This document shows positions 49,901-60,900 of a DNA stretch of 64,000 nucleotides, piece after piece. The number at the start of each line of letters is the position of its first letter. The first letter of the stretch is position 1. The stretch comes from a virus (lineage: Duplodnaviria; Heunggongvirae; Uroviricota; Caudoviricetes): the IMG/VR virus record IMGVR_UViG_3300013232_000486; one strand, 5' to 3'. Position numbers and translations under genes: made by a program. The notes below the pieces were generated by a model. The model did no database searches, was not told the origin of the DNA, and saw only the letters and a list, made by a program, of their open reading frames with translations.

Positions 49901-50960
49901 AGACGAACAAATAGAAGCATATCAGAAGCAAAACGAAGAAGCTAGAAAGCAGATAGAAGCTCTGAAGAGAGACAAGGATATAAAGGGAGAAATACCAGCA
50001 TACCAAAAGAAGATTCTTGAGAACGAGAACAAGATGACGCAAGCCAAGCTCAAGCAAGTTGAGCTCACAAAGGCCTTGCGCGATCAATATTTAGAGGCCA
50101 TTACTTCATTCACGCAAATGGAGGGAGCTTTCAGCAAGCTTATCATTTCAAGAGAATCTGGTGTTGGCGAGGCCATGCGCAACTACGGGATGCAAGGCGG
50201 TCTCGGAGTTGGTGTCCAAGGTGCTGGAGCGACGAGCCCGCTAATGCAGTGGGGAGCCGGTGGAAACGTACAGTTCCAGCCGATGCAACAGATGATGAAC
50301 TTCTTCAAGCAGTATCAAGGCGCTGCTGGGTACTCAGATGTCAAAGGAATGGTTCCGTTTAGCGCTGGATGGGCCGAAGGGACGCCTGCTGGATCCTCCA
50401 TGCTCCAAGGGTTCAATTCAGCCGAAGCATCAAAAGAGAAGATGAACCAAATGACCCACGCCTCAACTGGTCCTGGTGGAGCAACTCCAAAAGGCCCGCC
50501 GCTTGATGGTGGACTAAACGTCATCAACGACACGCTAAAAGCAATATTGAAAGCAATAACCGACCAGTCTTCAACTGCGATCGTAACTCCAAAAGGCATG
50601 TCTATTGGTGGCATAGTAAAGATGGCTGGAGGAGGTAAACTTCCTGGTTATGGAGGCGGAGATAGCGTCCCGGCTCTCCTTGAGCAAGGCGAGTTCGTCA
50701 TCAACAAGGATGCAGCAAAGGCCTATGCCCCACTTTTAATGGCCATAAATGCACAGAAGTTCGCGAGCGGAGGCCCAGTCATTCCGAAGCCAGAAACCGC
50801 TTTGGCTGCTGCTGGAGGAAGTCCACGGGTCAACATCAACGTCAGGGGAGACTCTGCGGCAGCCATCAAGAAGGTCGTCATGGACGAATTGGACGCGTCA
50901 TTAGATGCAACCATGTCTCCAACGGGATCACATGCGAGACTTTACGATCCAACACTTTAG
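46965..50960 (+). CDS. Tape measure protein
   Basis: 1331 aa, helical and Ala/Gly-rich with hydrophobic segments; C-terminal GGGDSVPALLEQGEFVIN motif; position after the chaperones. Confidence 0.9.
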   Translation: MANYEEAARKFAEALQASGLSAEEAAKAIRDLTDKTKNYEKAAKDGTRSVKTFGEAFNTYDKSLEKVGQSLSRVFETMKTAFLGGTAAAMVSRLGEFQKGLYDLSRQATVTGQTFSAFTKTMEDMGKKTALSREESAKFLKQIQDSTKGVKLMGTEMSDLAKTLSDEFGPRLQDIQNGFKTLAEIQQKDIMLFSRIREGMRGPEFGNYVASMVLAHKLTNEQAETLLRVNRQKVLGSQAVDEETKKLRQFQDVQQKFQQAFSNLAISLGKPLMEIFVQVIKPLSAFGDKLSTLMEKNKAFAGMVGGVAKILAWSAIAATVVGAMSAMASKLSAAFQLIKSVAGAGASKIVNVRIVGGGGPESVAAHLKGSSAVAAGAEKVAESAPKVGVMRRMGQTVGRSVAMHGGGVKGVLTASASGAIGVLGRIASFLGPIGLVVGAITALASVLLPLVGNFDSIGKVLGMAEGEIDNLNASFAEIKTLMLDAFGEIWKTIKDVGKSLIVAIMPMVKLYQQVIPPILSAFTPMAQSLIKALAAIFGAFMKLQIIMMKIILPIATVAFQALAKVLEWAAGIIESVFNKISETFDSLMPYLDEFADAVGAATDSLLGRERNMDAMNKRNMESIQKGHDKTAAGKFGDFYAKEMGVKREDVDDEKLAERVKQITGKGMQAAWNDPATRKTLQTDVRLTKAGVDVTKPGEAAIGIGRISAIQEELTKDLATRKAGGEGEEGQKKYRERMEQAAAQGNMMIMSRAMQDALMKHSKDAGTAQKTFAGAPAEFKTFLDPTKVKEAVDQIKSGTEYATLFTQRLIQANAYYDSLSQTISAANGLLSENAEAALNLGNNTQMYKQYLGEAMELSNIQLSAARAIADASKEGLNAERQSLEIQLKKAIANKDIEETRKVETALIQNSNARASIQNNINKALSEQLKIGLQIVEANKQEIEVRDAELGLLESQMQLSKAMFAGMGPTLAIQGQMLSKLDEQIEAYQKQNEEARKQIEALKRDKDIKGEIPAYQKKILENENKMTQAKLKQVELTKALRDQYLEAITSFTQMEGAFSKLIISRESGVGEAMRNYGMQGGLGVGVQGAGATSPLMQWGAGGNVQFQPMQQMMNFFKQYQGAAGYSDVKGMVPFSAGWAEGTPAGSSMLQGFNSAEASKEKMNQMTHASTGPGGATPKGPPLDGGLNVINDTLKAILKAITDQSSTAIVTPKGMSIGGIVKMAGGGKLPGYGGGDSVPALLEQGEFVINKDAAKAYAPLLMAINAQKFASGGPVIPKPETALAAAGGSPRVNINVRGDSAAAIKKVVMDELDASLDATMSPTGSHARLYDPTL

Positions 50961-50972
50961 GGCTAGGACAGC

Positions 50973-53900
50973 ATGGCAACTGCACCCACGGAGATAAGAA
51001 TCCCCTTCCTCCAGCAAGGATACAAGCTAGTCTTCAAAAAGCCATGCCTTGCATACAAAGAAACTGCTGGATACGCACAAGTACCGAACAGACCAATATA
51101 CATAAAGATCGGTAATGGGTCTGACAAACGTGGGAAACCACCCGCTGGGACGACTCCAACATCAAGCCTAAGATACTCCATGTACATAGAGTCTTCGGCA
51201 AGCGATACTGGAACAAGCAATATCGCCGATTTGTCCGCAACTGCCATGGTAGCAACTAGAGGATACTTTCCCATACCGATTGTTGGCGTAACCTTTCAGC
51301 GGTCTAGCGTAGTGTTCTGCAACACGTTCTTCGAGGGGTCTGATTTCATAGACGTCCCAGTTTCTTCACTAACCAAAACGGATAAAGGCATCAAAGTTCC
51401 AACAACCATATTTCGCGTGGTTCATGCTGGCGTCGAAAAGTTGATCCCAGAAAAGACAGACAAAGACCTATCGTATTGGATGACCATTGGGCCTTACTTG
51501 TCGACAAACCTTGCGGGAGGGACAACGCTTACTGATGACGCGCCGTTTGATATCAAGCAGTTGTTCAAAGCTGGAACATCCAATGTTGACACCGCATCGG
51601 ATACAATAAAGGTCTCTGGAAGCCCAGAGTACGTGTCGTATGTAGGGATCACGAAGCCATTGTTCAGGGACGTCATAATGACGTCGGCATCCACATCGAC
51701 TGATGGGTTTGCCATAAACGGATCGTACACGCAAGTAACCAATCCAACTCCGATTTCGTCTGCTCAAGCCAAGGTGTTAAGATTCGCTTGGGTGAGCGTT
51801 GGAACCGAAAAAGAACCTAGATATCAATGGCGCTTGGCAGAGACGTTTGGCGTTCCACCAGCCTTGATCCCAGTGGTAGAGCCTCCGCCTGGTCTTTCGG
51901 AAAAGAACGATCCTACAGACGTAAAAGACCATTACGTGTATGACTTGAACGAAACCACCTACCCAGACTGGCAAGGCTTCTATCCAAGCCTACGAATTTT
52001 GAAAAAAGGGTATTCTGTCGCCTATGCAAAGGCAAAGATGGATACTGAAAGCGTGTTCTATGACGCCGAGTTCTCAGCGAAGATCTTGAATCAAAACGCC
52101 ATAGCTGAGGTTGTCACTGGGACAGGTGACCAGAAGTCTGTCCTGGTTTCAAATGCTGTGGATTTTTATCCAGATTCGGCAACGACCCTCCTTACTGGAT
52201 ATGGTGCTGTTTGTGGAGTTCCAGCGACCGTTGGCGGATTAAGAGGAACTTCCATCAATAGACAGACCTATGTTTATACGTCGCCGAGGTTTGTTATGGC
52301 GTTTGGAAGCAATTCTAGGATGGGAACTGAATACCACTGTACGCTCAATGGATCGACACCCATTGAGAGCGCAGATGCAGCATTTTTGGTTAGAACCTTA
52401 GCCGCGCCATCCGTATGCAGTACGTACGACGCGTGCCTCGAGTCTTCAAGCATCTTTACAATAGCCGCAATGGGAGACTATACGTCTATCGTTGAGCGAA
52501 GCGTGGACGATTCAAGATGGGCCTTTTCAAATATCCCAAAAGCCCCAGAATCTCAGTCTTCCCATTTCATTATTGGGGAATATCCATATCGAAGCGAAGG
52601 CTCTCTTGTTTTCCTTCCAGAATTACCATCGTTGGAAGCTGAAACGGCGGATGGAAAATTCAGCATCCCTGGCGGGAAAATTCCAGTAATGGTCGTGCTA
52701 AAAGTCGTCGAGGACGGAGACACGGAAGGAACCTTCAAGCTTTATCAGAGCGCTGGACAGCAAGGAACACCATCGTATGAATTGTCTTTAGGAGAGCTTT
52801 CTGCGTCAGCCAGCGGGACGATCAACATAATCATCCCCACAAAAACGTATGGATCGTATGCTGCTGGTGGCGGGATAGAGTCGGTCGAGGACGTGAAGGG
52901 ATGTTCTCCTGGAACAGTCATTGCTAGCGTACTAGAGCCATACACAGAAGGAACGTTCCCAGACGATATGTCCAAGTACTCGGATGCGCAAGTTTCAAAG
53001 ATATCAGAATTGCAGTTTCCCGTCAAAGCCAACTCAGTTTCGGCTACGACTGATTGCGTGAGCGGCTACAGCATAATGGCCTATGAAATAGAAGGACACA
53101 TAAATCTTGGCTTCAGGAGTTCTCACTTCGGGCCTTTCGTATCAATAAGAGACGTCATCCTAAGAGTCCCCAATGATGAAACAGATGGAACGTCACTCCC
53201 AATCGCTACGAAGCCCGTTCTCATGTCTGATATGAACACAAGGTCAATGCTGTTGTTCTATATCTACAAAGACAGGCTACTGGCAAAAAGGATCCCACAA
53301 GAAGTCCTCGAAGACCTCATTGGAAGCACGCCGTCTTTCGCTGCCGATCCAGAGAAAGAGGCGCTAGCAATAAAACAAATGCACATGCTTACGTCGAGCG
53401 TAATCTATGCATCCATCGACGATACCGCTCTGTCGGGGGACATGAGCGCTGGGGCCATAAGGTCGATTGTAGACCTGGAGGTTCCCGTAACTTTGGGCGC
53501 GATCAACGAGTACTGTGTCTTCACCGATCAAATAGGATACATCTATTCCGTCGTTCAGACAGACAAGCAGCTATACGTATTCAGGTCGTACAATGGAGGA
53601 GACTCGTGGGAAAACCTACTCCCAGATGGGTTTTCTTTCTATCCTCCTAAAGGGGAAAATCCGTCAGAAACAGAAAAACTGGTCGACGCAGCGACCCCTC
53701 AGCGCCCATTCGTGTTGGTGGATTGGCCGAGTCAAACGGGTCATTTTTTCTACTTCGTCGAAGACAACATTTTGCTGTTCAACTTCCCAGTCGAGGTACT
53801 CAGAGAATCGAAAGACGCGCTAGCCGAAGAGTTATCCCTATTCATTCATCCGAAGGTTGTTGTTGGGCAGCTTACGGCAGATATGGCTGAGAGAGGGATC

Positions 53901-54092
53901 ACCTATGGTAACCAAGAACTTAGTAATAAGAACCCTCCGATAAAGGCAACACCCCAAAAGGTATCCGGAGTGATAACAAAGAACGGCGCATACAGGGTCT
54001 TCTTCAAGGACAATAATGATGTCCTAAGATCCATAGTTTCCTTCAACATGGGGAACGTCTGGCTTTTGGATGAGGACATCAAAGAGTCATGA
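50973..54092 (+). CDS. Large tail-tip/baseplate protein
   Basis: Directly after the tape measure gene; beta-rich; SxNGGxSW-type motifs. Confidence 0.6.
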   Translation: MATAPTEIRIPFLQQGYKLVFKKPCLAYKETAGYAQVPNRPIYIKIGNGSDKRGKPPAGTTPTSSLRYSMYIESSASDTGTSNIADLSATAMVATRGYFPIPIVGVTFQRSSVVFCNTFFEGSDFIDVPVSSLTKTDKGIKVPTTIFRVVHAGVEKLIPEKTDKDLSYWMTIGPYLSTNLAGGTTLTDDAPFDIKQLFKAGTSNVDTASDTIKVSGSPEYVSYVGITKPLFRDVIMTSASTSTDGFAINGSYTQVTNPTPISSAQAKVLRFAWVSVGTEKEPRYQWRLAETFGVPPALIPVVEPPPGLSEKNDPTDVKDHYVYDLNETTYPDWQGFYPSLRILKKGYSVAYAKAKMDTESVFYDAEFSAKILNQNAIAEVVTGTGDQKSVLVSNAVDFYPDSATTLLTGYGAVCGVPATVGGLRGTSINRQTYVYTSPRFVMAFGSNSRMGTEYHCTLNGSTPIESADAAFLVRTLAAPSVCSTYDACLESSSIFTIAAMGDYTSIVERSVDDSRWAFSNIPKAPESQSSHFIIGEYPYRSEGSLVFLPELPSLEAETADGKFSIPGGKIPVMVVLKVVEDGDTEGTFKLYQSAGQQGTPSYELSLGELSASASGTINIIIPTKTYGSYAAGGGIESVEDVKGCSPGTVIASVLEPYTEGTFPDDMSKYSDAQVSKISELQFPVKANSVSATTDCVSGYSIMAYEIEGHINLGFRSSHFGPFVSIRDVILRVPNDETDGTSLPIATKPVLMSDMNTRSMLLFYIYKDRLLAKRIPQEVLEDLIGSTPSFAADPEKEALAIKQMHMLTSSVIYASIDDTALSGDMSAGAIRSIVDLEVPVTLGAINEYCVFTDQIGYIYSVVQTDKQLYVFRSYNGGDSWENLLPDGFSFYPPKGENPSETEKLVDAATPQRPFVLVDWPSQTGHFFYFVEDNILLFNFPVEVLRESKDALAEELSLFIHPKVVVGQLTADMAERGITYGNQELSNKNPPIKATPQKVSGVITKNGAYRVFFKDNNDVLRSIVSFNMGNVWLLDEDIKES

Positions 54093-54358
54093 CACAACTC
54101 CAAGCATATAAAAATGCCTGTTCCAGAGGCCATGCCAAAGAGTTCGCAATGGCTTTCCAACAAGCCCTGAGAAATAGGATGAGCGAGGCGGACGCCGTCA
54201 ATTTTGCCATTAGCAAGGTTGAGGAAATCCCAACAAATGATGAAAAGGCCATCGCCAAGATGGCTTATGCGGACGCGTTTAACCAGGCAATCAGAGACGG
54301 CATGAGCGAGAACCAGGCCAGAATGGTAGCCTTACAGTCCGTTCCGAGGAGGAAGTAA
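54089..54358 (+). CDS. Small protein made of two ChaB-like helical repeats
   Basis: AFQQALRNRMSEADA and AFNQAIRDGMSENQA; coupled at both ends. Confidence 0.55.
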   Translation: MTQLQAYKNACSRGHAKEFAMAFQQALRNRMSEADAVNFAISKVEEIPTNDEKAIAKMAYADAFNQAIRDGMSENQARMVALQSVPRRK

Positions 54359-57300
54359 TGGCTGGTGGAAATGCTGGTCTCATCAAGCCAAGCGTGTGGG
54401 TCCTAAATGGATCACCGTTCAACTCTTTTCGCAAACAAGAGCAGTGCTTCTACATAACCACAGAAACGTTCAGTTCCGCTCAGGAAGTCACTCATGTAGT
54501 TCCATTGCCTTCTCCTGTAAATGGATGCCGAGTCGAGGAGCAGCGATCAGCATACGACAATTACATAGTCGACGAGAACGATGACAGGCTCGAAGAATCG
54601 ACGTTTATTGACAAGGTGACCACGTCGGACGGGCAAAGCGTAGACATTAACACTGAGTTCGACGCAACGGCCAGCGCGAGATATCGGCTCAAGCAGTTTT
54701 CTAGTACTGAAAGCAAGTCTGATCAAGCCCAAAGAGAGTTCTTTACCTGGCAATGCCAGACTTCAATATTCGGTGATAAGTCAAGGCCGTTTACAGAAGC
54801 TCCAGAATTTGATTCGGCAGCCGAATGGACATACATCAACATACCGAAGCCAAGCCTTGTGACGGCTTTGACGAATGCAATTAACGAAGTTAGCGCGTCA
54901 GTTGCTGCTGCGGCTACTGGCGCCTTGGCAGCGCTCGGTCAAGGAGGAACGGTTAAGTCGAAAAATACATCATCATCGATCGCTTCAAAAATTGGCCAGT
55001 CTGGTCGAATATTGATGCCTTACCAAAGAAAGATACCCAAGGACAAATCTACCCCAGTCCATTGGGGATTAAAGATGAAGGATCGTCCTTGGAATCAGCC
55101 CTTTGAACTAACGCACTATATTTGTTTCAGAGACGCATCGGTAGCTGATCTTGCGCCCGAGCAGAGGACAACAACTGGACAAGGGACTGGAAACAAGTTT
55201 AGTTTCTATTATCCAAACCAAAATGGCGGTCCAGGGAATCCAATGGACATCAAGCTTAACAAGAGCTTGTATTTGGCCATAGAAATGGGTGAGGAGTCAG
55301 ATACAAACCACTTTTTGCTGTTGTTTAACTATGGCCACTCGCCACAGTTATTCTGGATAACAAGCGGACAAGGCACTTCAAACAGTGGAAGTACTGATAC
55401 AAAGAACTCACAAGACCCATGTCTCCTCAAACCAACCATTGCTGCTAAGGCAGAGACTAAACAAGAACAAAATACGGCTCAAGACGGAAAGCTAAAGGCT
55501 GTTCTTGTAAATAGTTATCAAGGCGACACAGTCGTAGATACGATGTTCAACTCCAAGTTGTTTACCTTAAGCGTTGAATCCGCTGGCGGATGCCTGTTCG
55601 TGAGATGCTCGGCATTTCCTAACGCCCCGTGGATCATACATCCGAACATGATAAACAAGAATAGTGGCCTTTTCATTGGCGAAACTCTCTCTGTATATGG
55701 AGGAAACATCCAGGCTGGGATAGCATATTCGCCGATCCAGTACTTCAAAGAAGGCACTATTACCATGGCTGGCATCACGTTCGAGATACCTCCAGAAGGA
55801 GTATCTCCGACACTGTCTGTTAGTTCTCTTGGTCCCTCCCAAGTACTACAAGAGCAAAGCAAGTCTAGCAGTGGATCAAGCGAACGTCTGATGGTAGATA
55901 CGGAACAGTTGGTGATTGAGTATGGAACAGACGAGGCTGACAGGCTAGAAACTTATGGATATGTGAACACGCTTCTTGGAGATGAGCCTCCATTCGGGCA
56001 AGGCGCTGGCGAGACTCCCATAAATCGGCTTATCTCAATGAACCTACTCATTCATAGGGCTACGCTGGACGCAGAAGCTGAGTCAAAGAAAAAAGGTCTT
56101 CTCGATTCCTCGGGTTCATCTGTAACCTGTACAAAGCTACAAGAATCAATGGACATGTCTATCTCAAGCGCGTTCGGAGCGCCTATCGGACTGCTCGCGT
56201 TCAGAACTGGGTCTGTAACCCCAGTTACATGGTATCCTCAAGTATATCTAACTTCTAGCGATGTCAAAACGAAGACTGGGTTTGTCATCAGTAACGGGAG
56301 AAGCCCGTATCTATGGCTGTATAGGCTTTATGTAGTTCCTCCAGAGAAAAGCAATGCCCCCAGCAAAAAGTACGACTTGTCTTGCGACGTAATGAGCATT
56401 GATCTTAGTTGGAACTCTACTGGGCCAGGTGAGGTTTCTTGTTCTGGATCCATGAAGGTCTTGGCCAGTCCAAGAGCTGGCGCTGGGACGAATTCAATCC
56501 CCGACTTGATGGCCCTAACGAGAAGAATCAGCTACATTCAAATTGAGGTGGAAAGAGAAGCATCCGTAATCAGTGACAAGGTAGAGGGGAATGACAGGAG
56601 GATATTCACTGGCTGTATTGTTGGAGCCGAAGTGCAAGATGAGCCAGGAAAGACCGTCATAACATTCAAGCTCGAGGACTACATGTGGGTTCTCGGGGCA
56701 ATGAAGTTCAATCTAAGCCCATACTACGATGGCATGGCGTACAACTATGCCCTAGCTGACATCCTTGCCCAAACAGGATTCCCATACGACAGGATGTACC
56801 ATGACAAAGTCAATTTGGTTCCGTTTGGTGGAAAACCTGGTCCAGACCCAAACAAAATGCCAGCCCTCCCATGCACGAACATGTTTGAACAGCCGCAGTT
56901 CAGATTCAAAGACGGAGAAGCGCTAAAGGATGGGATGAACAGGATTGCAAAACTTGACTGGAAAATGATGTACTTCGACCCGAAAGGAGATTTCCATTAC
57001 GACTCAATCCCATGGGGCATGTATGGAGATCAAGGTGGAGCCACGTCATTCGACTTCGTCACTGGAGAAAGCCTTAATTGGACCCCTGACAATTTGGTAT
57101 GGAACAACGTCTCTCGCGGCTACGCGATGAGGGACATGTACAACTCCATACAGATCATCACCGTGTCCAAGGCAATCCCAAGTCTGTACTTGTTGTTCCA
57201 AGATATAAACAGAGATTCCATCGAGAAGCCAGATTCGGACGGATACATCGGATTCCCAAAGGTCATGCGTCAAAAGGAGGCCATGTTCGAAAGGGCCGAC

Positions 57301-57642
57301 GTCGCCTTCGCTTACTTCAAGTCTCTTAGGGACGTTTTGTATCTACCTCCACGCACAATAAAGTTCGAAACGTACGGTCGTATAGGTTTAAGGCCCGCCG
57401 CCGTGGTATCTGTTGATGGGTCACCTTGGCGTATGATGAACATAAATTTGAAGCTTGATGCATCAAAGAACGAGTTTTGGGCTAGTGTAGAGGGTGAATG
57501 GTTCGACCGTAAGGGCAAGACCCAAACTGGAGACCCTGTTAAGAATCCAGGGAAACCAACTCAGTCACAGATAATACCAGGTGGCGTGGACACTGATGCC
57601 TCGACGCCACCGACTGCTGGAGGAGGCGCTCAATATGCCTAG
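54358..57642 (+). CDS. Baseplate hub/Tal-like protein with a large N-terminal extension
   Basis: The C-terminal ~400 aa shows the hub pattern IFTG..FKLED..L, MYFDPKGDFHY, YNSIQI, LRPAAVVSVDG. Confidence 0.6.
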   Translation: MAGGNAGLIKPSVWVLNGSPFNSFRKQEQCFYITTETFSSAQEVTHVVPLPSPVNGCRVEEQRSAYDNYIVDENDDRLEESTFIDKVTTSDGQSVDINTEFDATASARYRLKQFSSTESKSDQAQREFFTWQCQTSIFGDKSRPFTEAPEFDSAAEWTYINIPKPSLVTALTNAINEVSASVAAAATGALAALGQGGTVKSKNTSSSIASKIGQSGRILMPYQRKIPKDKSTPVHWGLKMKDRPWNQPFELTHYICFRDASVADLAPEQRTTTGQGTGNKFSFYYPNQNGGPGNPMDIKLNKSLYLAIEMGEESDTNHFLLLFNYGHSPQLFWITSGQGTSNSGSTDTKNSQDPCLLKPTIAAKAETKQEQNTAQDGKLKAVLVNSYQGDTVVDTMFNSKLFTLSVESAGGCLFVRCSAFPNAPWIIHPNMINKNSGLFIGETLSVYGGNIQAGIAYSPIQYFKEGTITMAGITFEIPPEGVSPTLSVSSLGPSQVLQEQSKSSSGSSERLMVDTEQLVIEYGTDEADRLETYGYVNTLLGDEPPFGQGAGETPINRLISMNLLIHRATLDAEAESKKKGLLDSSGSSVTCTKLQESMDMSISSAFGAPIGLLAFRTGSVTPVTWYPQVYLTSSDVKTKTGFVISNGRSPYLWLYRLYVVPPEKSNAPSKKYDLSCDVMSIDLSWNSTGPGEVSCSGSMKVLASPRAGAGTNSIPDLMALTRRISYIQIEVEREASVISDKVEGNDRRIFTGCIVGAEVQDEPGKTVITFKLEDYMWVLGAMKFNLSPYYDGMAYNYALADILAQTGFPYDRMYHDKVNLVPFGGKPGPDPNKMPALPCTNMFEQPQFRFKDGEALKDGMNRIAKLDWKMMYFDPKGDFHYDSIPWGMYGDQGGATSFDFVTGESLNWTPDNLVWNNVSRGYAMRDMYNSIQIITVSKAIPSLYLLFQDINRDSIEKPDSDGYIGFPKVMRQKEAMFERADVAFAYFKSLRDVLYLPPRTIKFETYGRIGLRPAAVVSVDGSPWRMMNINLKLDASKNEFWASVEGEWFDRKGKTQTGDPVKNPGKPTQSQIIPGGVDTDASTPPTAGGGAQYA

Positions 57643-57904
57643 CGTAAGCAGAAGTATTCCCGCGAGGGAGACCAACTCCCCGACTGGGAAGTTCAACTCC
57701 ATAAAGCCTAGCAACATGCGTGATGTTATTCAGCGTCAAATCCGTCAGTCTATCAACTCAGCCATGGATCAGGCCAATTTTGGCAATGGAGATGGCGGGT
57801 TCGGATATCAATACGAACTTATCGACATGAGAGACGGACAAGGAAGGCAGTATCATTTGGTTGGCATAAACACTTCCAATGACTGGTCAGTGGCGGGGCC
57901 ATAG
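57635..57904 (+). CDS. Small tail-module protein
   Basis: ATG at 57635 after GGAGGAGG, overlapping the upstream stop. Confidence 0.65.
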   Translation: MPSVSRSIPARETNSPTGKFNSIKPSNMRDVIQRQIRQSINSAMDQANFGNGDGGFGYQYELIDMRDGQGRQYHLVGINTSNDWSVAGP

Positions 57905-57905
57905 C

Positions 57906-60900
57906 ATGCAATTCACCGAAAACTATAGGCTCGGATCCATACTTCCGAGTGAGCCACTCAGCCCGACCGAAGACAGTCGGAGAATGCAGACAATCGATCG
58001 TCAGCTTCTCGGCATGTTTGAGATCTTTGGGAACGGGATACTGAATGGATGGGAGCTTAAGCAGTCTACGGGACTTAGTGTCAGCATAACCCCAGGCAGT
58101 GGACACATATCGTATGCTTCCGCGTTGACTACGATAGCTGGAGTCGTCCAGCTAGAACCAAGTTCAACCAACTATGTTTACGCGAAGCTTACCGAAGACG
58201 GAAGATATACCAGAGATGTTGTTTTTTTTGCCAGAACTGCCGCGCTTACTTCGGGTACGAACTCTATTTTTTTGGGCAAGGCCGTTACTGGGCCGAATTC
58301 CGTTACGTCCATCGACATGACTGGGCGCAATGACATCTCCTTCATCGAGACGATAAAACAGTTCATCATCCAGCACAAGCATCGTGGCGGTACGGAGAAC
58401 CCATCAAGGGTCAGCCTGGTCAACGAGGTCATGGGTAAGCTGCCAGGCTATCGCATCGACAATCTGGATGCATCCAACGTCGTCACTGGAAGAATACCAG
58501 CATCAAGGATGCCCGCTATAGAGCATGGAGACCTCCTGGACTCTGGCATTCTCACGCATGCCCAGTTGGATAGCTTCGTGAGAGACCTTTCCAATCCGAA
58601 CACCAGGCTCCTCGGCGAGCTTTCGACCGTCAATCTGCTACAACTGTACCTGGCCCACAAACACATTTGGAGCGAGGTCGACCAACAAGCCACGAACTTG
58701 TTGGCTATGATCCCTGGCATAACGAACGATACGTTCACGGACTACGTCGCCACCACCGCTCTCGTGGACAGGTACAACCATACGATTCAAGGAATCCCAG
58801 CCCCGCCTGGCCGTCTGCATACCATAACGTTTAGCACGCTATCTGACTTCTCGAATGCGTTCGCCAGGGTCAACCTCGACATCTTGTCAGACCAGACTGG
58901 AACCAAAGTTAAGCTTACGCAGCCGCTCTCGCAGTTGATCGTGGACGATTTCGACAACGTTTTCTCCAACGATACTGAAATCCCTGGATGGGAAGTCGAT
59001 ACGACTCCTTCCCTCACCGCGCCAGATAACACGAGCTTCAAAACGGACTCGTCCAAGAAGGATGCTGGAACGTATAGCGCCAAGTTCCATATCGAGCAGG
59101 AGATCACCGTTCAAGTCACCAAGGACTACGGCGACAGCCCAGTGGATTGGTCAGGCTATAACGTAATCCAAGTTGCAATAGAAACGCTGACCTTGTCCCA
59201 TGGACAAGTGAGAATGCAAATCCTTGGACCGCAACAAAGCGGCGTGTATCAAATCCTTGATGATTTCATGCTCCTCAACATCAACGAAACCACAAAGGGT
59301 TTCAAGACCGTTGTTAGGGACATATCCAACCTGACCAGGACATCCGTCCAAGGCATCAAAGTCTACACGGACACGTCGTTGGGATGGAACCCTTCGGACA
59401 TCATCAACATCAACATCGACACGATTAAAGTCCTCAACACAATCTATTACGATCCCTCTGGCTTTATCAGGTTCCGCCTCCAGACGCCACAAAAGAGCCG
59501 CTGGGCAGCCATCTCGTGGGACGGCGACAATAATGACGGGCAGATCAGCGCCAGGGCGCGTACGGCGTCAAGCTTCTCGGTCTTCGACCAGACGCTTTCT
59601 TCTCCGTTTGGAGAGTCCATTTCGACTCCAGGCGACGATCCGCAAGTCGCCGACAACACGAACTTTGAGATCGAGATAGCGTTGGCCTCAAACGAGGCAA
59701 AAACAAGTTCTCCTTCACTTCGCTCTGTGACCATAAGCTACATCACGCACAGCGAAGACAAGGGCATCATTGTAGACAGCGTCCCAGACTTCCAGCGCGG
59801 GCTTGAGTTCCTGAACACCAAGGTGATCGGCTATCCTGGGCAATACGATGATGATGGCGAGGAACAAGGAAGCGTCGTGATTGATGGCAGGAACGACACT
59901 GGTGACATCGTGTACGGGCTTATTAATAGCGCCCAGCAGTCGACGTTTGAAGCCAACCCAATCCCAGTGATAGGAATAACTGGAAACGACCTTTTCGTTT
60001 CCCCATGGCAAGCTGTGACCAATGACCTGTACCAGAGATACATCAAACGTGCAACTGGGTTGGACGGCGTATCCCATGTCCACAGGCAAAATGACAGAAC
60101 ATACCTCATCTCTGACACGTTCAATGACCGAGTACTTCTTCTCTCTCGTGAAGGACGACTCATTAGCGGGCTCATAACAAACAACGTCAGGACGCAAGAT
60201 GAGTTGTACCCGATAGTGGCGATATACAACCAGCGCCTTAAAGGCATCTATGTCGCATGGTCCAAAAACATTGAGTTGACCAGTTCTCTTGACATGAGTA
60301 AGTTCCACGTCAACTCTCCAGGTCTAGCGATCACGCTCAGTAACCAGACCGAAAAAGCGTCGTCCATATCTGGACTCCCAGGAGACGCAGGTAAGGCGTC
60401 TGGAAACGTGACCTTCATCGCGTTGTCCGAGGCGCATAACGGAGAGGTATTGGCTTACCTAGACGACCAGGGGCAAGACGCCCCTCTGTTCCTCGATGTC
60501 GACGCGGATGCAATTCCAGACGGATTGGACAAGAGCAACGCGAACTACGCGAGCCTTGCTGGCCCAAGGGGCCTCCCGATGTCGAACGCAGACGTGATGT
60601 TCGTTCCGGGGATATATAGACCAATCGCGGTAATCGTTTCCGAGTACAGTGGGAACTGGATCATCTGTAACTCCAAACCGCTAGACACCACAGACGTCGT
60701 CACGGAAGTAAGCAGAACCGAAATCACGTCGCTGATAGAGATAGAGCCAGCCACCGGAACCATCAGCTTCTCCGACGACTCGTTGGACTTTAGTATCATC
60801 ACGCTCGGAGGGGTTGCAGAATACAACGAGAAGTACTTGGCCGTGGCGGGAATAAGCTCAGAACAATACCCTCCTCCGACCACCTCTAGTACCCAAGCGA

